Assembly (NCBI GenBank): GCA_964270895.1
Contig: OZ185437.1
Length of the DNA: 64,000 nt
Strand: one strand, 5' to 3'
Source: Podarcis filfolensis
Taxonomy: Eukaryota
The notes beneath the pieces were generated by a model. That model worked only from the letters and a program-made list of their open reading frames with translations, was not told the DNA's origin and did no database searches. Each line of letters begins with the position of its first letter. The stretch's first letter is position 1. Positions 1 to 12,196 of the stretch are shown one piece after another. A program made the translations under genes and the position numbers.

Positions 1-569
1 CTATTATCCCAGCTATGACATAATGGTGAGCGAAACAAACAGATGGGGGCAGGATGAGATAACAGTAATTTAAGCATGTTTTTCCTTGGCTGTCTCACCC
101 GAGAGACAGGTAATCTCGCTGGGTAAAGTTTAGTCCTAATTAGAGTAATGTCAGCGGAACAGTTATTGTCACAATCAGGGGGCACCGCAAGACAGGTGGT
201 GGGAAGGAACATGCTATAAAGGATATGTTTCACATAATAAAGTCCTCTGAGATTAGGATGATCTTGGTGCTCTTTCGAAAATTGCCCTTTTCACTGACAA
301 TCAGGTCCCAAACCCGTCTCTCTCTCTCTCTCTTTCTCACCTCCACTCAAAGGCGTAGCATGCAAAATACCTTTGGTATACTTGGGTTCGTGCATAGAAC
401 TGTGTTTGCTGGTGCTGAGAGAATGTCAAATATAGTGAAAACGAAGCAAATATATTTTTCTCCCCTGCTCTAGTGTGTCAGCATGGCCATTTGATGGGAA
501 GGGTGAGTCTGCGCATGAAACGGGCAACTCAGGTGCTCCAATCCTGGAAAAACGCTTGATGCCATAGAC

Positions 570-949
570 CAGGGATGTCCAACAGGTCGATCACGATCTA
601 CTGGTAGATCCCTGTGAGGTTTTGGTAGATCACGGTTGATCTCTGGCTCCCTTTCCCTAGCGTCGCTAAAACTGACTGCTGCCCTGCTCCCTCGCCCCGC
701 CCTCCATTGTTGTTTGATCTCTGGAAGGGAAGATGGAGCTTTCTCTGTGCTGCTGTTTTGATCCATAGCGATCTTTTTGTGATCCATTGTGATTCATCCA
801 TAGCAATCTTTTACCCCTATGTCCCTTGCCTTTAACCTCCCCAAAAACAGAAATCCCCCCACAAAAGATTTCAAGCTGACCCCCCCCCCAAATTGCCAGT
901 TTTTAATTCTGAAAGTAGATCGCAGTCTCTTGAGAGTTGACCACCCCTG
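570..949. mobile_element. hAT-type MITE
   Basis: Imperfect TIRs CAGGGATGTCCAAC / GTTGACCACCCCTG. 8-bp TSD CCATAGAC (562-569) / CCACAGAC (950-957). Subterminal GTAGATC repeats at both ends. Confidence 0.8.
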
Positions 950-957
950 CCACAGAC

Positions 958-1440
958 CAAGGGCAGGAATTTTTTTTCCAGCCTGAGGGCCACATTTATT
1001 TCTGGACAACCTTTTGGGGGCCTCATGCCAAAAGCGGGCAAGGGCAGAAGGAAAACTGGGAGGGGCAATGAATGTAAAGCTCACCTTTGCACAGTAGGCT
1101 AGTTTCTGCACACACTCTCACACTTACCTCTCTCTTCCATCCAGGTAAGCAAAATGCACCACAGTGACGTTGTTAGAGAAGCAAGGGACAGACCTCCCCG
1201 GGTGACACTTACCTTTGAAGGCGGCACGCTGGAGCCCAAGGTGGCATGCAAGACCAGGTGCCCCAAGAGCCCAGCACGCCGCTCACAAAAGCAGCATGAG
1301 ACTGGGCTCACAGCACACCTGAGCTACTGCGTACCCCCCAGCTGCCCTTTGCCAATTGAGAAGGATGCAACAGGCACATGCCAGCCCCACAAGTGGCGCT
1401 GGGCTTGCAGGGTGCCTGAGCCGCTGCGTCCCTCCCAGCT
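958..1440 (+). mobile_element. Degenerate hAT-like non-autonomous element
   Basis: Starts CAAGGGCAGGAA...CCAGCCTGAGGGCCACA and contains the CAGTAGGCTAGTTTCT..CACAC block I recall from a lizard repeat family. Right end not well defined. Confidence 0.45.
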
Positions 1441-1590
1441 GCCCCACCTATCTATCTGGGTTGCTCCAGCCACTCTGGGCAGGTTGCAACATGTATAAAA
1501 ACATAATCAAGTATTAAATATTAAAAAACTTCCCTATACAGTGCTGCCTTCAGATGTCTTCTAAAGGTTGTATAGTTACCTATCTCCTTG
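1441..1590 (-). mobile_element. L2 LINE 3' tail fragment
   Basis: Reverse complement matches the last ~150 bp of the other L2 copies (AGAAGACATCTGAAGGCAGC...CCCAGAGTGGCTGG). Confidence 0.75.
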
Positions 1591-1594
1591 CCTC

Positions 1595-2163
1595 CTACCC
1601 TCCAACATTTCTCTGATGGAAATAGGGACGTCCTAAGGGAAAGCAGGATATTCCGGGATCAAATCCCAGTACATTTCCGAGAACAATTCAAAGTGTTGGT
1701 GCTGACCTTTAAAGCCCTAAACGGTCCAGTATACCTGAAGGAGCGTCTCCACCCCCATCGTTCGGCCCGGACACTGAGGTCCAGTGCCGAGGGCCTTCTG
1801 GCGGTTCCCTCGCTACGAAAAGCTAAGTTACAGGGAACCAGGCAGAGGGCCTTCTCGGTAGTGGCACCCGCCCTGTGGAACGCCCTCCCACCAGATGTCA
1901 AAGAGAAAAATAACTACCAAACTTTTAGAAGACATCTGAAGGCAGCCCTGTTTAGGGAAGCTTTTTAATGTTTAATAGGTTATTGTATTTTAGTGTTCTG
2001 TTGGAAGCCGCCCAGAGTGGCTGGGGAAACCCAGCCAGATGGGCGGGGTATAAATAAATAAATAAATTACATTGATTGATTGATTGATTATTAAATCAGA
2101 ACCTGGGTTGGCTTCTGTAAATCCAGGACTGTCCCTGGAAAATAGGGACTCCTAGAGGGTCTG
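1595..2163. mobile_element. MITE with CATACCCTCCAA-type ends, interrupted by an L2 insertion
   Basis: Left (1595-1665) and right (2093-2163) parts join to match the uninterrupted copy at 62493-62622. Confidence 0.7.
1666..2092 (+). mobile_element. L2-clade LINE, 5'-truncated (ORF2 C-terminus plus 3' UTR)
   Basis: Encodes FKVLVLTFKALNG..YLKERL..LRSS..LL.VP..RAFSVVAPALWNALP..FRRHLKAALFREAF*, typical of the L2 ORF2 C-terminus. AT-rich repeat tail. AAATC duplicated at 1661-1665 / 2093-2097. Confidence 0.9.
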
Positions 2164-2975
2164 AAATAACCATGATGTATATTGCATGAAAGCAATAATT
2201 ATATACATATTTTTACCAAAATATAAATAGCAACAAGGACCCTTGAGCAGGTTGGGACCAGGAAAGTAGGGAGGGGAGTTTAACCCTTCCCACTCCCCAC
2301 CATGCTGCGATCCCAACAAGAATTGCATCCCTAGAGCTGCTTTTAGCTTCAAGAGGGAAGCCTCTATTGGTGCTAATGCAGACTTCATTCCGAAGTATCG
2401 GGCCAGTCCAATACTTTTTGATGCCTGAAGTGAAAGACAAGATGGCATCCTTCTCCCATTCCCCAATTCCATATACCAAAGCTGAGCATACTGGCAATTG
2501 AATTGTATTTTAACACCAAAATTGGGACAGCATCCTACACCACACCTGAGGGCAACATGCTAGTATAGTGGGTTTGGTGCACACAGTTTTGTTCTCTGCC
2601 ATCACTCACTGTTGCTGCCTGCCCCCAACATTTGATGCCTGAGGAAACTGCCTTGCTCTGGCAAATGGTAGGGCCGGTCCTGCTTGGGTGCTTTCTGTCA
2701 CATTAACCAACCCACAAGCATTGTGAAGTGAGGGCTTCGGCTTTCCTTCTAAACATTTGCAGTTTCGCCTTTCTTAAAGAAAATAAACTTCCTTGGTACC
2801 CGACGCTTCTCTGCACATTGCAAGGCCTGTATTTTTATTTGGAGGAACACTGAGATTGCCTGGCCACCTGGCAGGCATTTCTTAGTTCATGGTCAGTCAA
2901 TTAAAGTTGGCACTGAAAGGAGAGTTTTCCGGAGACTCTGAGCACGTTGTTGTCTGGTTGAAATCAGAAATTCTG

Positions 2976-3711
2976 GGAGATGATTTATAATGAAATGAAA
3001 AAGGTATTTAAATATACCTTCCTGAAGAAACCAGAGGCCTTTCTCCTGGGCATGGTCGGCCAATTGGTGCCAAAGAAGGACAGAACTTTTTTTATGTACG
3101 CAACAACAGCAGCAAGAATGCTTATTGCGAAGTATTGGAAGACACAGGATTTACCCACCCGGGAAGAATGGCAGATGAAGTTGATGGACTATATGGAACT
3201 GGCGGAAATGACTGGCAGAATCCGAGACCAGGGAGAAGAGTTGGCGGAAGAAGACTGGAAAAAATTTAAAGGTTATTTACAGAAATACTGTAAAATTAAT
3301 GAATGCTAGAAAAATGTTGGAATGAAGTTATATGGCTTTAGCAGAAAGGTTATAAGGAATTAAGTATAAATGGATTTTTAAAGTATTAAAGGGAAAAAAA
3401 TAAGGTTAAAATAAGTTAAGATAAAATACAGGACAGAAAACTGAGGAAGATGGAAAGGATTTGCTGAAACAGTTAATTGAAGTGGAATACAAAAAGGGAG
3501 GTGTGAGGAAGTTGTGGAAATAAGTGAATGAAAGATAAGATACTGAAATTATGGATGTGTTTTAAATTGTGTTTGTTGTATTTTGTTAATTTAATGTTTT
3601 TAATGTCAGTGTTATGTAGTGTTTTTGTTTTTGTATTGTATTGTTTTGTTGAATTATTTTTCTTTCTTTTATACTCTTTAAACTGTTAATAAATATTACT
3701 TTAAAAAAAAA
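2976..3711 (+). mobile_element. L1-clade LINE, 5'-truncated (ORF2 C-terminus, 3' UTR, poly-A)
   Basis: ORF to 3309 (..AARMLIAKYWK..EW..KL..EDWKKF..YL) resembles the L1 ORF2 end. AATAAA at 3688-3693, then an A-run. 16-bp direct repeat GAAATCAGAAATTCTG at 2960-2975 and 3712-3727 (TSD, partly microhomology). Confidence 0.9.
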
Positions 3712-4631
3712 GAAATCAGAAATTCTGCGGATTGCTTAAGCATGAGATATTTTCTTAAGACTGTATTCTTGGACCACAGCTCTGGTGGAAGCTGTAACTT
3801 TTTGCTACCAGTCACAGGCTTAGAATCTGTCTTTCTGCAACAACATTGAAAGCAAGCAGGTTGGGGTGAAATTGGGGGGGGGCACTTTTCAGTCCTATTC
3901 GTTTTTATGCAAATATTCCCTTTGCTATTTCTTTCTGGGAGGAATACTGGGAGGGGGAAAAACATGCAGCAAATTATTTAAACCAATCTGTCATATGTAA
4001 TGTCATATGTTAGGCAGCTAACAGGACTCTTGATGATCTCAGTGAACAAACTGGGTTATAAAGTCTCAAGTTTCTTCAGAGCTTTTTTTTTTTGTATCAA
4101 CAGACGAGCCTTCCCTATCATTTCAAATATGTTTTGTAAATCTTGTTCAAAGAATTAAACATGAATTTTTCTGAAGCTCCTGACCCTTTTTGACCATGAC
4201 TCACCTATGGTTGTGCTTCAGTTTCTCTGTGGTTGCTTCGTAATGCTTTGAACACATTTTATTGGGAGAAATTCCAACCGGATATGTTCTGGAATGCCAT
4301 TAGCTCACCGTGGTGAATAAGCTTGACAGTCACTCGTTCAGTTTACAGTATGGGAGAGTGATGAGGTTTACCTTCAGCTTCGATGATGAGGTGATATTAC
4401 AGAGTTCCTGCTCAGCAAACATTTTTGGTGCAAGACTATGTTAAGGAAGGAGTTAAGGGTGATGGGCCAAGGCAGGCTATTAGAAAGTATCATGGCCATT
4501 GTTGTTCTCTCCACATACCCCTCATACCTCTGGAATGGCGAGTGGGAAAAGGTAGATCTCTGAAAGTATCAAATTTGGCCCAGAATCTACTAACTCCTGA
4601 TTCATGTCCCATCAGTAACCTCAAACTTAGA

Positions 4632-5174
4632 TGTTAGGGACTGCCAGGACTCCACAGTGGAAGACATGGTGGGGACAGAGGCTGATCTAGGTGAAGGGGA
4701 TAGCAATTTATGGGGTTTTGTGCCTCCCGAGAGGCAGGAGTGAAAGCTGCAGGATGGGGAGCAGTCTGAGATGGGGAAGGAAGGACAGGACATGCTGGGA
4801 GCAGAGGGCAATATGGTGTCTGAAGGTGGGGAGTGACAGAGTCCCTCCTATCCCCTCCCCCAGTGCCCCCCGGACTAGGAGGGGCTTGAAGAGGCAGGCA
4901 CAATGGCCACTTCTGGGTCAAAGGAGTCACAGTTTGCTTGCACTCATGCCATCAGGCAAGAGTATTTAAGTTTGGGGAGGAGGCATGGCCACCCATTGCT
5001 CCAGCAGTCCAGCCCAGAGCATAAGCCCAGGGAGGACCGTCAGTTGCCTAGGCACCAGAAGCATGTGTGTGCATGTTTAGTGCACCTCCAGAGCTAATGT
5101 AAGAATGAAACTGCCGACCGTTTGTCCTCCTTGAGCTGTGTGTGCTCCGGACACTAGAGAGGGTTCCCTTGTCA
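4632..5174 (+). mobile_element. Probable solo LTR (Gypsy/ERV-like)
   Basis: TG...CA termini, TATA-like TATTTAAG near 4964, AATGAA near 5104, purine-rich U3-like part. No matching TSD found. Confidence 0.45.
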
Positions 5175-5401
5175 GGAGCTCAGCCTACACTTGAGTAGGA
5201 CCCTGATAGAGACACATGGCCACCTGGCATGTTCTCTCCCTCCTGGTCAATCGTTTGGGAGCTTCAAAAGCTTTCTTCTGCCTGAACATCACAGTGACCG
5301 ATGCCAGCCAACACCCGCACACTTACTGATCTGCAGAGCTTGCGCAGTTTGCATAACAGAACTCAGCAATTCAGCATTTTGGCTAATCTACTTTATTTAC
5401 A

Positions 5402-5756
5402 GGGACGCAGGTGGCGCTGTGGGTTAAACCACAGAGTGTAGGACTTGCCGATCAGAAGGTCGGTGGTTCAAATCCCCACGACGGGGTGAGCTCCCATTGC
5501 TCGGTCCCTGCTCCTGCCAACCTAGCAGTTAAAAAGCGCGTCAAAGTGCAAGTAGAGAAATAGGTACTGCTCCGGAAGGAAGGTAAACGGCGTTTCCGTG
5601 CTTCTCTGGTTTGCCAGAAGCGGCTTAGTCATACTGACCACATGACCCGGAAGCTGTACACCGGCTCCCTCGGCCAATAAAGCGAGATGAGCACCACAAC
5701 CCCAGAGTCAGTCACGACTGGACCTAATGGTCAGGGTTCCCTTTATCTTTATCTTG
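5402..5756 (+). mobile_element. Sauria SINE (Squam1)
   Basis: tRNA-like head GGGACGCAGGTGGCGCTGTGGGTTAAACC, diagnostic body, (ACCTTT)-like tail. 11-bp TSD CTTTATTTACA (5391-5401 / 5757-5767). Confidence 0.95.
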
Positions 5757-6032
5757 CTTTATTTACATATAAACACACACAGAGCACTGCAACATGGTTC
5801 CCTCTCTCTCTAGCATCAGGCAGCGAAGAGAAAAAGAACAAAGGACAATAGTCCCACTTCGCGGAACACAGTAACACAAACATCCTGTCTTCGTCACTTC
5901 CCACTTTGTGGAGTCAAAACATATACAGTCATGTGAAAGACAAAAATCCCATGACTGCAATCAGGGAACAGGAATTCTAACACCCCTTTGGGGAAGCACA
6001 AATTTCTGTGAAAGGCCACTGACACAATCCAT

Positions 6033-6250
6033 CATAAGAACATAAGCATGTAAAAAGGCCCATCATGGTCCAACACCTTGTTCCCACTATGGCCTGTAGG
6101 AAGGCCGCAAGCAGGACCTGAACACAGCAGTACTTTCCACCCTTGTGATTCTCAGCAACAGATGCATACTGCCTCCATTAGTGGAGGAAGACCATAGCCA
6201 TCACTGGATAGTACCCTTTCATAGTCTTGCCCTCCATGGATTTGTGTAAT
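6033..6250 (-). mobile_element. Old LINE/SINE 3' end with (TTCTTATG)n tail
   Basis: CATAAGAACATAAG repeat at the left. Body resembles the degenerate copy at ~41630-41765. Confidence 0.45.
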
Positions 6251-7600
6251 TCTGCACAAGTCTCCATGGCGTGAGTGGCAGCTCCGAAAGAGCATATTGG
6301 TGCATTCTGTTCCAGTCCATCAGCAAGCATCGCATCGCACTGTCTTAGCAGATTGTGTCCGCTGTCTGCCAAAAGGGCACGCCGCAATTTGTCTGCATGT
6401 CAATATGTGTGTCCCAGATTTTAAATCCCCCCCAACACCAAATAAATAAATAAAATAAAAATGTGCATGTGTGATAATTTGTTGGCATACACAAGAGTCC
6501 AACATAGATTTCCGCTTTGGTCATGAATGTTCAGTTCTCTTTTCTTTTTTAAGAAAATATATGATTTTTTTCTTCTTTGATTTTTTGTTTTGTTTTGTTA
6601 GCACTATAACTATTTGCAGTGTGCTAAAAGGATTAAGTCCAATCCATACATCAGCCTCTCCCCTTGAAATCAAGGGGCTTTCAAGTGCTTAATTTTGATT
6701 GCCTCCCATTATCCTCCAGAAGTTGTGTCCATGGTAACAAAATTAATTCCAGTCCACTAACTGTTATTTTTAATGCATTTCTTTTTTTAAAAAAAGCACC
6801 CTTGGAAAACAAGTATCATTTTGCCATTATCTGGCCTTTATGGAACCCCTCCCCAGTTCGCAGTTATGTCTTAGCTTTACATTGAGTGAGTGGTCCATGC
6901 AACTGCAGGACAATGGGATGGTTTCTAATCAAAATACCCCAAGTTGTGACTTGGTCGGTGTCTCCCAGTCTGGCGCTTGGAGAAAAGCAGCAGCAGCAGC
7001 AGCAGCCCTTTCAGAAAGAATTACCGCAACAGTTGTACTTCATAGAAGTCCAGCTGGGAGTTAGTTATTTAAGTCTCAGACACAGAATAAAAGATGACAC
7101 TCAGAGATACATTATTCTGTGAGGTCAAGTATCAGTACATGGTAAGACAGATGACAGGAAAGCTATCAGTCAGGATGGGAAAGTGAATTGCAAGAGCAGG
7201 GTAATAAAAGCTCTGGGAAATTGAAAGCACTGAAGAGCCCTTGTACATCAGGCCCCGAAGCCTGGCAGTGCTTGTATCAAGTACTCAAACCAGGTTTTGG
7301 GGGAGTGGGGTATGAGTTCGAAAGAATAGCTTGATTTTCTCATCTTCTTTCCATACAGTATTTCCCCCCCCTCCACTTAGCATTTATAGAATGCATTTCC
7401 ACCTGTGCAAAGTGGTTCTCACTCAGACTTCGTGGCCTGGACCTTATTCCACCGCGGTGGTTGCGTTGCAGAAATAAGTGTGAGTGGTCTGCACGTGTGA
7501 GTGGCGAAAGGCGAGAGCTCACGTGGCCCCGTGGCTTCTCTTCTTGTAAAATAAGGAAAGGGAGAGGGCAATGGGTGACGGCACTTTCCTCTCTCTTTGC

Positions 7601-7755
7601 CATAGCTGTCAACCTTCCCTTTTTTGGTGGGAAATTCCCTTATTCCAGTGCCGTTTCCCGCTGCTATCCCGGATTGTTAGATATCCCGTGGACTGTCCCC
7701 GGGACAGGTGAGGCTGCTGATCCCTTATTTTCGAATCTGAAAGTTGACAGCTATG
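7601..7755. mobile_element. hAT-type MITE, 155 bp
   Basis: Perfect 13-bp TIR CATAGCTGTCAAC / GTTGACAGCTATG and perfect 8-bp TSD CTCTTTGC. Confidence 0.92.
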
Positions 7756-8229
7756 CTCTTTGCAGATGAGGATTATGAATGTGCATGGCTTCATGGCATG
7801 TCTAGCATGCCTGGGATGAGATTTAAACTGCAGCAATCCCAATGCACACTCTTTAAGGCGCACTGCACAGCACTACTGCACCTGGAAATTTGGCATTACC
7901 CCCAAGTGCTGTGTAACTGATCAAAAGACTGATGTGGGAATTTGGTTAGTGTTTACGACTTTGCTGCTCACCTGCCCCATTGTGTTCGGACAACAGATGC
8001 TTTGAGAGCCTTGGTGCTAGAGCAGATTTGGATTACATTTCTCTTCCGCCCCAGCTAGTATGCCATTGAGTCGGATCAAATCACAATGGGAAGGTGGCTC
8101 CTTCTGATGGCCTCAGAAGTGGTGGTGGCCAGATGGAGGGGGAATGTTCTCAGCTGGAGCAGAATGGAGAGGTGGGGCTAAGTACTGCTTCCCACAGATG
8201 CCTTCAGGCATGACAGCTGGTAGCAAGAG

Positions 8230-8385
8230 GGAGGGGCACGCATGGAAACACAAGAAGACCATTGGTCCAGCTCAGTATGGTCTCCATTGACTGGCAGTGG
8301 CTTTCTGAGGTTTCAGGAAAAGGACATTTCTAGCCAGACCTGGAAATGATTGAACCTGGGATCTTCTGTATGAGCTACAGTCCTC
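8230..8385 (-). mobile_element. Degenerate tRNA-derived SINE (family of 13813 / 18315 / 57883)
   Basis: GACCATTGGTCCAGCTCAGTATGGTCT..ACTGGCAG..TTGAACCTGGGATCTTCTG matches the other copies in antisense. Confidence 0.45.
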
Positions 8386-9455
8386 ACCATGAGTCTATGC
8401 ATGGTTTCCACCCAGTGGGCACACTTCAAATTTTGGGAGAGTGCAAGGGCTGCCAGTCACAAAATGCCATGGAGGGTGTGTGATGGTACACAAAATGTTT
8501 GCTGTGGAGGCACGGAATAACACAAAATGGATGCCATGGGGGATGTGGCATAACAGAAAATTAGAAGGACACACACACACACACACACACGCCCAAAGTC
8601 AGCTGTCTCCTGCAGGTCCAACACAAACTGCTGGTCTCACTGTCTAATAACAACAGGGACCATTCCTCATTATCAATAAAAATATGCAATGCAGCAGCAG
8701 CACCACTCTTATTCCTCAGGAATCACTTGAAAGGTACCTGCACATTTGGTCCCATAACTGACTTTCTAGCAGGGCTAGAGACATGTTTTTTTTTTATAAG
8801 AAAGCTCATCGTCTGGAGCACGTGCCCAGCAGCACCACTGGAAGTCTTCACAGACATCTGCCCTTAGCCATCTTCTTGAGTTGTGGGAGTGCCCTAGCTC
8901 CCATGCCTTCTTTCTGCTTCTGTGCTAACTACAGAAAGAAATTCTCTTGAAATGCTCAGATGTACATCCACCTTCCTTCCTTTTCTCTCCTCCTGCCACC
9001 TTCCTGGCATATATGCCAAATGTTAGTTGAAAGAACAGAGGTTAGGAAATAGTCCAGGGGTACACAGCAGGAAAATATGAAGGAAATAAGGTTATGGATG
9101 CTTCTTTATTTTCAGCACTCTCACAGAATAGTGTGATCTAGAGATACAAATTGCAGGTTTCCAAGGGAGGACTCAGGGTGATAACTCAGAGATAATAACT
9201 TCATAATGCAGTAACCGTCTTCCTATCCTTGCCTACCACTTCTGGGATTTTTTTTTTAAAAAACACTGTTTCATGGTGAGTCATGGTATGATGAAAGGAC
9301 TAAATAGTCAGGTTATCATGTGATGACTGCAACCATCAGATTAATCACTTGGTGCCTGAATCCACGCTAGGGAGGGCAGAAAATGTCTACTTTGAATTAC
9401 CTGGTTTTCACTGCTTGCTCTATTCTATTTTCATTTGTGAGATTATACCCACATG

Positions 9456-9517
9456 CAGTGGTACCTCTGGTTACATACTTAATTCATTCCGGAGGTCTGT
9501 TCTTAACCTGAAGCACT
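9456..9517 (+). mobile_element. Tigger/Tc1-like MITE, left end only
   Basis: CAGTGGTACCTC..TTAATTCATTCCGGAGG..TTCTTAACCTGAAGCAC is the same as the start of the 30511 copy. Ends where a SINE begins. Confidence 0.75.
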
Positions 9518-9735
9518 TGTAATCTGGGGAACCGGGTTCGCGTCTCCGCTCCTCCACATGCAGCTGCTGGGTGACCTTGGGCCAGTCACACTTCTCTGAA
9601 GTCTCTCAGCCCCACTCACCTCACAGAGTGTTTGTTGTGGGGGAGGAAGGGAAAGGAGAATGTTAGCCGCTTTGAGACTCCTTAGGGTAGTGATAAAGTG
9701 GGATGTCAAATCCAAACTCGTCTTCTCTTCTTCTA
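9518..9735 (+). mobile_element. CORE-type tRNA SINE (Squam2/POM-like), 5'-truncated
   Basis: B-box-like GGGTTCGCGTCTCC, CORE motif CTGGGTGACCTTGGGCCAGTCAC, (TCT)n tail. Confidence 0.75.
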
Positions 9736-12158
9736 AACATGTTTACTTGCTTTATTCAAGGCCCCAGTGTCACAGGGGCTTCTCTTAGTGTTCAGGTGAA
9801 TGAAGGGTAGAAGCACCCTTGCGATCTTCCCTGCTCAACACTGGGAATAGATGGGTGGGTTGTTGGGAATGGGACTGACATGTGCTATGGCCCCCCCAGT
9901 ACGGATGTATGCATATTTCCTGTTCAAGAATAATGCTTGTGCTGGACTACTGTTGAAAGGCTACAACCATAAGCCTCCCCCCCCCCACTTTTAAGCAGCC
10001 ATAGCCCACACTACTGTTTGGAAAGTGCAGTGTTACGCAACTATGTAGGTAGCAATATTAAGCTGAGTGTTTTGAATTCTGCCCCGCGGATGTTTCATGA
10101 GCCACATGTTCCTGGTAAAGCAGTTATACACTTGCTCACATGACAATTCCTGGCTCATAACATAGAAGAGGAAAGTATTTCTGTGGAATTACAAAAAAGG
10201 AACATCTCCATCTCAGACTCAAACATTTGTCAAAAGACATAACAAAGTAAGCAATGTATGCAAGCTACAGAATGCATGGCATATCGATTCCAACCCTTAT
10301 AAATGCCCATATGCTCCAATACTGTGGTTTTAGTCAATTCCATATGCTGCTCTCAGTCAGTTCCACATACGTTGATGCAGAGCTTGTATGTGCTGCGCTG
10401 ATATTGTAGAGATACATGGGGAAGAATGATTTCCAGACGTTTCCTGAGCCAAGCTGGAACTGCAAGGCTCTACAGTTGGTCCCACAAAGGATTTGCTTTA
10501 TCCAGTCCCTTGATCTGATTTGCATCCACTGGTCTCCATTCAGCATTGACATTTCCATTATGTATGCAGCTTTTACGACCATGAGGGATACTGAAAACGA
10601 TTGCTAAAAATGTGTGGAGAAAAGGTCTTAAGCACTTTGAGGAGCACCTACAGGAACTTGTACTGTCAAAAGGTTCTTCCTGGTGTTTAGTCAGAATCCT
10701 GCCATTTATATGAATTGCTCTCCTTTTCTCACATAAGTGTTTCACTGCATACTGCATCCCTCATACCGAAATGGGTTTCTACCTGGATGAAACAGAATAA
10801 TGTGAATGTGTGTGTGTGTGTAGCTCTGCATACATACTGAATGCCATCCAGGCTGTTATCGCCTGCAGGCATTTAAAGATAACTGTTCATGTTTGTTTTG
10901 TAGCAGTTCTCTCTGTTTCTGCTGTGTGCCATACGCGGTCCTCTTTAACACCTCTCAAACGAGGTCAATTATGACGGGATTATTTTAATTCTCTTAGATG
11001 TCTTTCCAGAATTCGTTAGTTTAGACTGATGATCTCACTCCACATGGCTGGGCACCCGGAATGTGCAGTAAGCTTCCTGCCCGTAAAGGACCAGCTATTC
11101 ATAGATGCTTTGAGAAAACACTGTGTCAGCTGATGTTGTGTAATGGAAGGAACACTGCGGTGGTGATGGAGGAATGTGAACCGAGGAGCCCTTCAAGGTT
11201 CGGAGAAAAGGATGTGCATGGAGAGCCACTAAATTATGTTTGGAAGCAGTTTTCTGATTCATTGAAATGCCAAACAAAACAAAACAAAAACCCAACAACA
11301 GCAACTCAAGCCCACACTATTGTAAAGGCAAGGTGATTACTCAAATTAAAAGAGAATGGATGTTTGGTTTGAGAATTGGAGATATCAAGCAGTGACCATA
11401 AACATTCAATCCCCTCAAATTTAGGGGAATTTTACACATTAATCGGTATGTATGTATGTATGTATGTATGTAGAAATGTGTGTGTGCTGTATATCCAGCT
11501 ATCCTTGACATGCATATTACTTTATTGCTCTGTATTGCTTTAAAATGTGGGATTTTTTTTTGTATTTTTGTGATTATTTTTTAAAAATAATGTTGTAAAC
11601 CACTGATAGACTTCTTTGAAGTATGAAGCAGTATATAAATTACATCATTATTAATGATTATTTTTGCCCATTATTCACCGTGAGGTCCCAGAGCAAGATA
11701 CAACAATTTTAAAAATGCAGCATTAAACTCAGTTTAAAACAAATTGAAAATAATAATTATAATTATGTACCCCACCTCAGCTGTATGTGCAATGTATCTT
11801 TTACGACAGCAGGTGAAATGAGGATGCTGACATATGATACTGGAATTCACTTTACTGAAAAACATGACTGTACAGCAGAGGCGACTGACCTGCAGCCCAG
11901 AGCCCAAATCTCTCCCTGCTCTGCAAATTTTCTGGTCCCTTAAGACCTCACTGATTTGGGTGGTCAAAAAAGGTTAAAAAACCAAAAGTGACACAGTGTA
12001 TTTCATCCCCTTCCCAGTGATCAGATTGATCATTTGATGAGTAGGAAGGGGAGAACACACCTCCTCCTTACCAGATCTGCTTTCAGTGTACGTCAGACAG
12101 ATCTCACTAACACACACTGTCCTCAGCAATATCGAGAGGACACTTTCTCAGCAGTCAT

Positions 12159-12196
<38 letters not shown>

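Noticed and set aside
1115-1150. Polypyrimidine tract plus CAG|GTAAG resembling a recursive splice site, overlapping minus-strand GTAAGTG donors (1127, ~1210)
   Set aside because: Lies inside a repeat whose consensus, as I recall it, reads CCATCCAGGCAAGC. One substitution creates the motif, and no host gene is established.
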